This document shows positions 1 through 8,388 of a stretch of DNA of 29,670 nt, piece after piece. Source of the DNA: a virus (Duplodnaviria; Caudoviricetes); IMG/VR virus record IMGVR_UViG_3300023276_000523, positions 1 to 29,670 of that record, one strand, 5' to 3'. The translations under genes were made by a program, and so were the position numbers. Each line of letters starts with the position of its first letter. The stretch's first letter is position 1. The notes beneath the pieces are model-generated. The model had not been told where the DNA came from, did not search any database, and was given only the letters and a program-made list of their open reading frames with translations.

Positions 1-3000
1 TGTTGTTATAAATTAACTAATTGTGTTACAGGTGCAGTACAATATAGTAATCAAAGTATACTAGATCCATATGTTGGGTCAATAATTCAACTTTTAGGAG
101 ATACTTGCTGGGAAGTAGAAAGAGTTTCTACTTGTATTAGCCCTATAATAGTTACACTTTCAGCAAATCCAGGACCTTATGTAGACTGTGCAGCTTGTGC
201 AGTTCTTCCTACTCTGTGTTATAGATTACCAAATTGTAATGATCCAACTGATATATTATATACAGACGATGCTTTAACTCCAACTATAACTGCTCCTTAT
301 ACTTCTGGAATGACAGTACAATTAAATGGTGAATGTTTCTGTAGAGAAATAATACTAAATACATGTACAGGTGGTGAGGTAGCATTAACTATACAAAATA
401 CATTACCAGACTGTAGTACATACTGTCATTTTTATATACGATTACAGAATTGTATTACAGGACAAATAGTGAGTGTAGATTATAATACTTCTCCTACCGT
501 AGTAGCGGCAGCGGGAGGAATTCAAGCGTATGAAATAACTGTTGGCGGAGTGGTTCCAGACTTAGTTAATTTATGTTGGGAAAAATTACCTGATTGTCAG
601 GGGCCTGTAATGACAGTTTATCCGATAGGAGTAATAACAACTACCCATGCGAACTGCCAAGTTTGTGATGCGCAAGGTGCAACTTGTGTAGTAGTATCGC
701 ATTGTTGTGGTGATGATTATGTATTACCACAAATAGTTGAGACAACAACAGGAATAACAAATGCAGATATAGGATCAGTAGTTCAAGCCGATATTACAGT
801 AGGTGGTATCATATATTCTGGGTGTTGGGAAGTAAGCGCAAATTCTCCAGTAGGTGATTGTACAAACTCATTACCTAACGCTGATGTAACTGCAATTAAT
901 ACATCTACAGTGGGAACTGGTAATTATCCAGACTGTACTTATTGCCCAATAGATCCATGCCCTGTTAATTGTGTTTTACTAGAAGACTGTGCTGATCCTA
1001 GTAATACTTTAACAGTAGATGGTGCAACAGGAGTAACTATAGGAACAGATGTTGTAGAAATAGGTGGATGGCCAGGATGTTGGAAAATGTGTGTTTCGGC
1101 GGGTAATCCAGTAGCAGGTACACATTGGTATTATGGAGAAGCATTAGGAGTAGACTTTTCTTCAGGGGCGGCTGTATCAAGTTTTGTTGGTGCTTCTCAG
1201 ATGGCAAATTACAATTCAAGTAATGCAGCAGCTAGTAATGCTTATACATTTAGAGGGGCGGCTGTCCACTCATCAACAGGAAATGCTACTATAGGTGGTC
1301 ATGCATTTGTTGCCGGAGACTTAATGTTTTATACAGATGGTCATTGGATATATGATAGAACGCACACTAAAATGAATTTAGATACAGGGCCTGTACATGA
1401 AGGAGATGCAAATGTAGCTGAAGTTGGTGGAGAAGGAAAAACATTCCCAGCTCAAGGAGCAGTTATTATACCAGTAGCAAGTGGGGGAAATACAAATAAT
1501 GTATGGCATCAATATTATGTAATACAAAACTCAGCAGGAGATGGCCCAATAAAATGGTCTATTGTTGATATGACTTTAAATGGCGGACAAGGAGAAGTCT
1601 TAGCTGCATCTGTTAATACTACACTATTAGCTAAAGCATCTGAGTTTATGTGTGTTAATACAACTACGGGAATAGGCTCTGCTGCCTATTGGCATTTCTT
1701 CTATGTTCCCAGTATGAGTAGTAATCTAGATTGGGCTAATCAACATATTGCAGCTATAAAATTTGATAATGCCGGAATAAGCGCATCATTCGTAGCAGTA
1801 GATATGGGCGCTGGTATTATGAATAATTCAACTCTTAAATCAATAGGAGCTGGAGAACTACTTGTTAATCAAACAAATGATATAATAGTACTTAGAATTC
1901 AGGAGGATTTAGCAGCAGAAGCAAAGAATTGGACAGTATTTGTATGGGGATTAAACCCGGTAACAGCTTTATCTGCTACGGCACAGCTTGGATGGATGAT
2001 GAATAATGGTTATAATGGAGGAGCTAACAACGGTGTGTATTCTTGGATTGTAGGAGGAATGTTCCAAGAACAAGTTGAAAGTATAGCAGGCCATTGTTAT
2101 GAGGGACTTACAGCTATTAATAATGCTAGAACAGTTGCATTTAGTCCTAATGGAAATATTATATGGTTTAGTACTGCAACTTACTACGACACTGCTACTC
2201 CATATACAGTACCAGATGCTAAAGCTGGGTACAGTTTACACGCTTTCAATTTAAAAAAATATGCTCAAGATATGTGGGCAGCTGGAGCATTCCTGATTCC
2301 AACTGTTACTACTGATGCTGCCATATTTGATACTGGAGCAGACCATATTTGGTCTCCTCCTGGTTCTGGCTGGTCTGGATCTTGTAACAGCTATAAAGTA
2401 TTTCCAGATGCAAATTCTGGAACTGGATGGTATGGAGGTTACGATGATACTAGATGTCATACTGTTATTGTAGATTTAACATGTGCGCCTGATGGTAAGC
2501 TGTGGTTAAATCTAGTAGAACAAGAATTTAATGTGCCTTGGCAACAATCAGTAGGACAAGGTCAACAAATTACAAACTCATTATTAAGATTAGATGATCC
2601 TAATAATGCATTCTCAGTTCAAGAAGGTATGCTAGGTAATATACCTGTTCCTTCTTTTGATATAGGAGGAAGAAGAATGGGTGAAAGGTTCCCAGTATGG
2701 TTAAACATGCCGTGTCCTTGTGATCCACTTAATGTTGTTAGTCCAGTGACTATTACAACTACACACAATGATTGTACAGATTGTGCTGTACCACCAGGAG
2801 ATTGTTATATATTAACAGAATGTGATTGTACGGGAGGTTCGGCTGGATATAATTCTTGTTCAGTAAATGATCCAACAACGATGCCTCCGAATATGATTAC
2901 ATACGGAAAGTCTTGGTCACCAACTTGTAGTGCATCAGGACCAGAAAGATGGTCACAAATAGTAAGTGCTGTAATGGCATTAGCTGGTGGAGTCAATCAA

Positions 3001-5412
3001 ACTATAAATATGAGTTATAGCTTTATCAATGATGGAGCTACATTCCCAATAGGTATCCCTGGATTTGGACCAGCGGTAGCTGTAGAGCAGGGACCGGGTA
3101 CAGCTAATCCAACAGGTGTAAGCCCAACGTGTGCCGCTTATAATAAAACATATCAAATTACACATGCACAGTTTAAAACAGAAATACAAACAATGTTTGC
3201 TGAGATTAAAGCTATGTTTGAAGGTATGTTTAATACTAATTGTGGATATAACGCAAACTTAATTATTAACTTTACAGATTTAGGATATGAAACTGGATAC
3301 ACTGCAGGTGATCCAGCGATGGGAACAAATACTATAACGGCATGGAACGGAACTTCGTTTACAGATTCAAATGGTGTAGCAGGAATAGGAGACTTTAGAG
3401 TTGGACTTTCAGACTTTGGAGTTCTAGATCCTGCAGGTGGAACAGGTTGTGGAAACTCCGGAGGGGCTTCAGGAATATTAGGATTATGTTTTACAGGAGA
3501 TATAAATAATAACATTACAGGGATTACTAAAACTTCTCCAGAAGTAGGTTTATTATTATTTGATGTAAATGAGGATTGGAGAAAAGCAGGAGATGCAGTA
3601 GTAGCAAACTCATTCTCTTTAATTAGAGTAGGTATGCATGAAATACTTCATGCGTTTGGATTTGGTCACGATTTCTTAACATTTGGTGGAGTAGGGCCAG
3701 CAGGAGATTGTACTGCTCTTTGTGATTGTCCTTGTTATCAAAGTAAGTCGAGTTGTCCTGGATTGAATCACTGTGAAACCTTTCCTGGTTCTGGTGTTTG
3801 GGTTCCATGTTGTCCAGGAATTATGCCTAATTCAGATGCTTTAATGGGGCCATTCGCAACTACAGCCTCTTTTGCTACTGAGTTTCCTACAGGACTACTC
3901 GGACCTGAAGGTATATATGATAGAAGAGCTGCTTGTGGAATATATGGAAATTCAGATCTAAATTATGCATGTCAAGATGGTGTATGTTTAGGAGGTTCTG
4001 GATGTGTATATGTAACACATTATTCAGATGATCCAACTTTAGCGGGCTATGTAGGAGGAGTAGTAGTTTGGGATGATGGTTCTGCTGCGGGAGAAAGATG
4101 TTGGGAAGTAGATATAGTACAACCATGCCCAGGAGGAGTTACATTAATTAATCCAGTAAATATTACTGGAGGAGATCCTACTTGGGATTGTAATGATTGT
4201 ACAGTAGGAAGTAATGATTGTTATACATTAGATTTATGTCCATGTACTACTGTTATGGGGGCACCACAACAAGTAATTACAACTACAGATTTATCACAAT
4301 GGTGTTATGGTACTATAGGTAATGGAACAGTAATAGAAATAGACTTATATCCAGGAGCTTGTTATGAGATTAATTGTACTCCTCAACCCTGTCCTGTTGC
4401 AGGAGCAGTAGTTGTGGTAGTAACTAATTCATATCAAGACTGTACACAATGCTGTGATGATAACAATCAATGTTATCAATTATGTCCTTGTGGGCAAGCA
4501 ACCGCAACAGTAGATACTTGTTCTGCTCTCACTGAGATAATGGTAGGAGTATCAACCTCTAAAGGAATGGCATTACAGTTTATTTCTGATGTTGCTAATT
4601 CTCCATTAAATAGTACAGATATGGCTACATTAACATATGGTAATAATATTCAACCTCCAGGACCAAATCCATGTATAGCTCCAGGTGGAGGACATATGAG
4701 ACTTTTCCCTCCTGTTTTACCTAATAATGGAACTTTTACTTGTTATGAACCTGGTACCCTTACTCCCCCTCCGGGAATAGCAGCAGGTTATAACAAATGG
4801 ACTGATTTCTTAGCTGATCTTGTGGGACTTGGTGTAGCCGGAGTTTCAAATCCTGCGACACCGTATTTAGGTATTGCTTCATTAATAAAAGTTCATTTTG
4901 GGTTACCGAGCATTCCACCTTTCGCTATTACGCAGGATAGATGTGCATGTACAACTACAGCTCCTTGTACAGTAGTTACTAATGACTTATCAGCTGAACT
5001 AGGACAAGTTGTAACAATAGGACCAGGTGCTCCAGGAATCTTAGATACTGATGGGGTAGATTGCTATGATGTTGAGCTTTGTGGTCCTTGTAATACACCA
5101 TCATGTACTCCAGTAGGACCTGTTACAGTAACAGGACTTTATCAAGATTGCAATGATTGTGGAGGTGCAACACTATGTGATTGTTATCAATTAATAGATT
5201 GTGAAGATGCAAATAATATAATAAATAATGTATGCCAAAGTGCTGATTTAGCTTTAGCATATAGTACAGGAGGAGTAATAAAAATAAATGGTAATTCAGC
5301 TCAATGTTGGATAGTAGAATGTGAGGACCCTTCAATATGTGATCCAGCTACATGTGTAACAGTAGCAGTAACAGGAAGTTATGTAGATTGTTTTGCCTGT
5401 ACAGGAAGTTAT
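1..5412 (+). repeat. About nine degenerate 70-95-aa protein repeats, consensus CYxLxxC-(x30-40)-CWEV-(x)-C-(x15)-YxDCxxC; three are interrupted by inserted domains
   Basis: Examples: CYKLTNC..CWEV..YVDCAAC; CYRLPNC..PDCSTYC; CVLLEDC..CWKM..HNDCTDC; CYILTEC..CWEV..WDCNDC; CYTLDLC..CYEI..YQDCTQC; CYQLCPC..CYDV..YQDCNDC; CYQLIDC..CWIV..YVDCFAC. Visible at protein level only. Confidence 0.8.
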
Positions 5413-7443
5413 TGTTATGAATGTGCAGGTCCTGGAAGTTGCTTATGTACAGTAGCTGCAGGATGTGGACCAGGTACTTATCCAGATTGTCCTACAATGT
5501 TCCTTAATGAAACTGATTGTTGTCCGACAGAATTAGGATATAATTGTGTAGGGCCAGCAACTGGACCTTGCGCTTGTGAACCATGTTATACTTTACCTTG
5601 CGATTATGCAACTCTTCCTCTATGCCAGAATGCTCCATTACCAAGTTGTTGTTCAACTATTGATGAAAGTTATGATTGTCTTTGGGATGTAGGTACAGCT
5701 AGTTATATATGTGTTGACCCAGGAAATGGTACTGGAGATTTTACAAGTCTTGTAGATTGTCAGACTGCAGTAATTAATAATGTTCAACCATGTTATGTAG
5801 AGTCATGGAATTGTGTAACAAATAATGGAGTAAGTGTTTGTACTGACCCAGGAGATGGAAGTGGTACTTGGAATAATACTAATGGAGGATTAGTTGCATG
5901 TCAGGCATGTAATGGATGTCCAGCAGATCCTACTTGTGTAGGAGTTATACCTAACTATGATTGTGACCCAGCATTTGGATGTGTTACTAATTATGCGGGA
6001 ACAGGAGAATATACGACTTTACAAGAGTGTGTAGAAGACTGTGATAGTCATGATCCAGAAGAAGGAACTTTCGAAGCAGAGTGTGAAAACTGTTTAGATG
6101 AAATAGATATGAAAAAGTTCTTTGATAAAGTTGCAGATGTTTGTGATGACTGTAATGTTCCATTTGGACTAACAGACCAAGAAGTAACTTGTGATACAGG
6201 ATGCTTTGGTAATAGTAATATATATGTATTCTTAGATGTAACTTCAACATTTGGCGGAACATATTTAAATAGATTACAAGAATGTATCAACTTTAAACAA
6301 AATACAATAATACCAGCTTTCCAACAATTACAAGCTGACTACCCTTCTTATACAGGGCACCTATATATAATACCAGGGGCATGGCCACACGGATCACTGT
6401 TTGGTCCATGTAATAATTGTAATGGTACTGGAGCTGCTGCACCAGGTAGTCCTACAGCGCCAGAAGATTGGTTAGCATGGACACAATATCCACTAAGTGG
6501 TAATAAGGGAGCAAATGGATCCGGAGTAAATCCAATGGCTACAGGAACTTTACCTACGGCCCAAAGAGTAATTATGGGGCACACTATGGTAAATGGAGTA
6601 GGGGGAGCACCAATCAACTGTAATGGAACAGCTTATGATGCAGCTACACACGGCCCACTATTAGAAAGTTTGATGGTTCTACCAGGCTCTTATGCAACTG
6701 ATGGATTTACTCAAGTTAATCCTTGGCAAGACGGATTAGGTAAAGAAGGTATGAGTGATCCTTATCATGAATTCCAAGGAGGAGATATAGACTCAGTAGT
6801 TATAATATTCCAAGATGAATCAAGAACACCTGGAAATTATGGATACTATGAAGATATTGCAGGAAGTAATCAATCTGGAGGTATATGTAGTGCAGCTACA
6901 TGGGCTGGAGTACCAGCAACTACTTGGAACAGTCTGGGTACGGATCCAGGAAATGTATTGGCTCCACAATGGAAAACAGATTATAATAACTATATGTCCT
7001 TACATCAATATGGATGGGATGTTAATGGAGTTGCTAATTTAAATCCTTGGGTTACAACTCAGAAAACTATGATTTATGCAGGTTCACATGATACTCCAAA
7101 TTTTGTAGCACAAGCAAAAATAGGATTTCTTTATCATATGTTTGGTGCTGTAGGTGCGCAGGTTATGGGCGCAAATATTAGTTATCAAGGTCATATAAGT
7201 TGCGCTGATTATGTAGGTGTACCAGCAGCATTTGGATTTGACACTTTTGTAGCAACAGATGTTACTATACCTAATCCGTATATGGGGGCTTCTGCAGGAG
7301 GCGATCCATCATTACCAACGGGGTATCAAGGAGGTTCATTAAGTAATTATGGAATGGCTTTCCATATTCCAGATTATCCAATAGCGCAATTAAACTCTTC
7401 AATGCTGTATGAATTATGGAAAGAATATTTATCAGATTGTTAA
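1..7443 (+). CDS. Giant cysteine-rich multidomain virion fibre/adhesin-like protein (5'-truncated, at least 2480 aa): Cys repeats, beta-propeller, M10/matrixin-like zinc protease, C-terminal vWA-like domain
   Basis: The frame of the 310..7443 ORF has no stop back to base 1 (CCYKLTNCVTGAVQYSNQSILDPYVGSIIQLLGDTCWEVE...), so ATG 310 is internal. Motifs seen: HEILHAFGFGH (3637-3669) with ALMGP Met-turn, IYVFLDVTST, and recurrent CYxLxxC...CWEV...DCxxC units. The virion role is inferred from its position in the tail module. Confidence 0.8.
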   Translation, partial: CCYKLTNCVTGAVQYSNQSILDPYVGSIIQLLGDTCWEVERVSTCISPIIVTLSANPGPYVDCAACAVLPTLCYRLPNCNDPTDILYTDDALTPTITAPYTSGMTVQLNGECFCREIILNTCTGGEVALTIQNTLPDCSTYCHFYIRLQNCITGQIVSVDYNTSPTVVAAAGGIQAYEITVGGVVPDLVNLCWEKLPDCQGPVMTVYPIGVITTTHANCQVCDAQGATCVVVSHCCGDDYVLPQIVETTTGITNADIGSVVQADITVGGIIYSGCWEVSANSPVGDCTNSLPNADVTAINTSTVGTGNYPDCTYCPIDPCPVNCVLLEDCADPSNTLTVDGATGVTIGTDVVEIGGWPGCWKMCVSAGNPVAGTHWYYGEALGVDFSSGAAVSSFVGASQMANYNSSNAAASNAYTFRGAAVHSSTGNATIGGHAFVAGDLMFYTDGHWIYDRTHTKMNLDTGPVHEGDANVAEVGGEGKTFPAQGAVIIPVASGGNTNNVWHQYYVIQNSAGDGPIKWSIVDMTLNGGQGEVLAASVNTTLLAKASEFMCVNTTTGIGSAAYWHFFYVPSMSSNLDWANQHIAAIKFDNAGISASFVAVDMGAGIMNNSTLKSIGAGELLVNQTNDIIVLRIQEDLAAEAKNWTVFVWGLNPVTALSATAQLGWMMNNGYNGGANNGVYSWIVGGMFQEQVESIAGHCYEGLTAINNARTVAFSPNGNIIWFSTATYYDTATPYTVPDAKAGYSLHAFNLKKYAQDMWAAGAFLIPTVTTDAAIFDTGADHIWSPPGSGWSGSCNSYKVFPDANSGTGWYGGYDDTRCHTVIVDLTCAPDGKLWLNLVEQEFNVPWQQSVGQGQQITNSLLRLDDPNNAFSVQEGMLGNIPVPSFDIGGRRMGERFPVWLNMPCPCDPLNVVSPVTITTTHNDCTDCAVPPGDCYILTECDCTGGSAGYNSCSVNDPTTMPPNMITYGKSWSPTCSASGPERWSQIVSAVMALAGGVNQTINMSYSFINDGATFPIGIPGFGPAVAVEQGPGTANPTGVSPTCAAYNKTYQITHAQFKTEIQTMFAEIKAMFEGMFNTNCGYNANLIINFTDLGYETGYTAGDPAMGTNTITAWNGTSFTDSNGVAGIGDFRVGLSDFGVLDPAGGTGCGNSGGASGILGLCFTGDINNNITGITKTSPEVGLLLFDVNEDWRKAGDAVVANSFSLIRVGMHEILHAFGFGHDFLTFGGVGPAGDCTALCDCPCYQSKSSCPGLNHCETFPGSGVWVPCCPGIMPNSDALMGPFATTASFATEFPTGLLGPEGIYDRRAACGIYGNSDLNYACQDGVCLGGSGCVYVTHYSDDPTLAGYVGGVVVWDDGSAAGERCWEVDIVQPCPGGVTLINPVNITGGDPTWDCNDCTVGSNDCYTLDLCPCTTVMGAPQQVITTTDLSQWCYGTIGNGTVIEIDLYPGACYEINCTPQPCPVAGAVVVVVTNSYQDCTQCCDDNNQCYQLCPCGQATATVDTCSALTEIMVGVSTSKGMALQFISDVANSPLNSTDMATLTYGNNIQPPGPNPCIAPGGGHMRLFPPVLPNNGTFTCYEPGTLTPPPGIAAGYNKWTDFLADLVGLGVAGVSNPATPYLGIASLIKVHFGLPSIPPFAITQDRCACTTTAPCTVVTNDLSAELGQVVTIGPGAPGILDTDGVDCYDVELCGPCNTPSCTPVGPVTVTGLYQDCNDCGGATLCDCYQLIDCEDANNIINNVCQSADLALAYSTGGVIKINGNSAQCWIVECEDPSICDPATCVTVAVTGSYVDCFACTGSYCYECAGPGSCLCTVAAGCGPGTYPDCPTMFLNETDCCPTELGYNCVGPATGPCACEPCYTLPCDYATLPLCQNAPLPSCCSTIDESYDCLWDVGTASYICVDPGNGTGDFTSLVDCQTAVINNVQPCYVESWNCVTNNGVSVCTDPGDGSGTWNNTNGGLVACQACNGCPADPTCVGVIPNYDCDPAFGCVTNYAGTGEYTTLQECVEDCDSHDPEEGTFEAECENCLDEIDMKKFFDKVADVCDDCNVPFGLTDQEVTCDTGCFGNSNIYVFLDVTSTFGGTYLNRLQECINFKQNTIIPAFQQLQADYPSYTGHLYIIPGAWPHGSLFGPCNNCNGTGAAAPGSPTAPEDWLAWTQYPLSGNKGANGSGVNPMATGTLPTAQRVIMGHTMVNGVGGAPINCNGTAYDAATHGPLLESLMVLPGSYATDGFTQVNPWQDGLGKEGMSDPYHEFQGGDIDSVVIIFQDESRTPGNYGYYEDIAGSNQSGGICSAATWAGVPATTWNSLGTDPGNVLAPQWKTDYNNYMSLHQYGWDVNGVANLNPWVTTQKTMIYAGSHDTPNFVAQAKIGFLYHMFGAVGAQVMGANISYQGHISCADYVGVPAAFGFDTFVATDVTIPNPYMGASAGGDPSLPTGYQGGSLSNYGMAFHIPDYPIAQLNSSMLYELWKEYLSDC
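5413..6045 (+). repeat. About five shorter (35-50 aa) Cys repeats of a second type, [YW]xC...CxDPGxGxGx[YFW]xxLxxC
   Basis: SYDC..ICVDPGNGTGDFTSLVDCQ; SWNC..VCTDPGDGSGTWNN..LVACQ; NYDC..GCVTNYAGTGEYTTLQECV; plus two more degenerate units upstream. Confidence 0.7.
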
Positions 7444-7468
7444 ATGTGAAAAAGTTTTTATATATTTG
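7437..7468 (+). promoter_or_regulatory. Bacteroidetes primary-sigma promoter (-33 TTG / -7 TAnnTTTG)
   Basis: TTG at 7437-7439, 21-nt spacer, TATATTTG at 7461-7468. It straddles the stop codon of the giant ORF and matches the established Bacteroides/Flavobacterium consensus. Confidence 0.7.
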
Positions 7469-7472
7469 CCGA

Positions 7473-7601
7473 ATGTTTAAAGGTAAAAAGTCAAAATATT
7501 ATTGGGATGTAACTAGAAACATGAGTTATGAACAAGCCCAAGAACATGAAAGAAAGAAGTTAGTAAAGAAAATAATTAATAAATTTAAAAATAAAAAATA
7601 A
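7473..7601 (+). CDS. Small basic hypothetical peptide (42 aa), possibly leaderless
   Basis: MFKGKKSKYYWDVTRNMSYEQAQEHERKKLVKKIINKFKNKK. ATG 7473 lies just downstream of the -7 box, and the TAA overlaps the next ATG (TAATG). The track start at 7416 overlaps the previous gene and the promoter, so it is less likely. Confidence 0.45.
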   Translation: MFKGKKSKYYWDVTRNMSYEQAQEHERKKLVKKIINKFKNKK

Positions 7602-7918
7602 TGGGTATAGAAAAGACAGACATTACGATGTTTAGCAAAGTCGCGTCTCTAGGAGCACGTTTCTTCGAGAAATTTGTATCGACAAAAGCTATGAATAAAA
7701 AAATAACAGAGATGAATAACATAGGATTACGTGATGTAATCATTGCTACATCAGTATCACAAACTACAGACTTTGGAAGTCTTAAGGTTGGAGATCATGT
7801 TATTATCATTAAGCCTGCTGCAGGAAATGCACAGTTTGTGACTATCGCAGTAGCAGGAGATTTAGGAACAGCAGCAGTAGCTGGACAGTTATATATAGTT
7901 ATAACTCCAAGTATGTAA
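7601..7918 (+). CDS. Hypothetical protein, probable small virion structural/decoration protein (105 aa)
   Basis: A-rich leader and TAATG coupling; beta-rich Ala/Gly/Val C-terminal half; located in the structural module. Confidence 0.6.
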   Translation: MGIEKTDITMFSKVASLGARFFEKFVSTKAMNKKITEMNNIGLRDVIIATSVSQTTDFGSLKVGDHVIIIKPAAGNAQFVTIAVAGDLGTAAVAGQLYIVITPSM

Positions 7919-7949
7919 TAATAATTAATATTAATTTAAAAACAATAAC

Positions 7950-8375
7950 ATGAGTACAAAAGTAAAGACGTTAAAAGTAGAAAAGAAAGAAACAGAAGGG
8001 ACTGAAATAACAAACAGAGACCTACTAACTATTAGTCAAGGACTAGCTTACATTAATAGTAAAGAATCTAAAGTATGGCATACAATAACTAAGAATTTAG
8101 ATAGTATTGCAAGTGCTGTAGATATAATTAATGCAGAGCATAAAGCTTTAACTGATGAGCTAGCTACTAAAGACGAAACAGGAACACCTGTTAAGTCAGA
8201 GAATAATCAAATTGAATTTGGTGATAACTTAGAAAAAGCCAATAAAAGATGGGACTCTGTTCTTAGCAAGAAAGTTACTGTAACCTTATTTCAAATAAAT
8301 TTAGAAGATGTTGTAGATCTTAATCTAGATGCAAATATTATGAAACCTTTACTAGGATTAGTTGTAGTGGAATAA
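7950..8375 (+). CDS. DUF1617-like phage protein, possible tail-fibre assembly chaperone (141 aa)
   Basis: The pattern ITNRDLL..L..I.KNL..I.....HKAL..ELATKDETG.P resembles DUF1617-type proteins found near fibre genes; strong A-rich leader. Confidence 0.55.
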   Translation: MSTKVKTLKVEKKETEGTEITNRDLLTISQGLAYINSKESKVWHTITKNLDSIASAVDIINAEHKALTDELATKDETGTPVKSENNQIEFGDNLEKANKRWDSVLSKKVTVTLFQINLEDVVDLNLDANIMKPLLGLVVVE

Positions 8376-8388
8376 AAACATAAAGTTA

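Noticed and set aside
310-312. ATG 310 as the start of the giant protein
   Set aside because: The frame is open from base 1, and this Met falls in the middle of a repeat unit.
1111-4950. Inserted domains as inteins or introns
   Set aside because: No intein terminal motifs (C-terminal HN followed by C/S/T) or endonuclease motifs at the junctions, and the reading frame is continuous.
5371-5440. Short direct repeat acaggaagttat at 30-nt spacing as a CRISPR-like or regulatory array
   Set aside because: Only two to three copies, in frame, explained by the TGSY/PGSC peptide repeats.
6815-7042. 75-aa +1-frame ORF inside the giant fibre gene
   Set aside because: No A-rich leader, no evident local codon shift and no paralogue; likely chance.
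1-7443. Eukaryotic origin or chimeric assembly suggested by the Cys-rich content
   Set aside because: No introns, codon bias like the neighbouring genes, and a Bacteroidetes promoter overlapping its stop codon.
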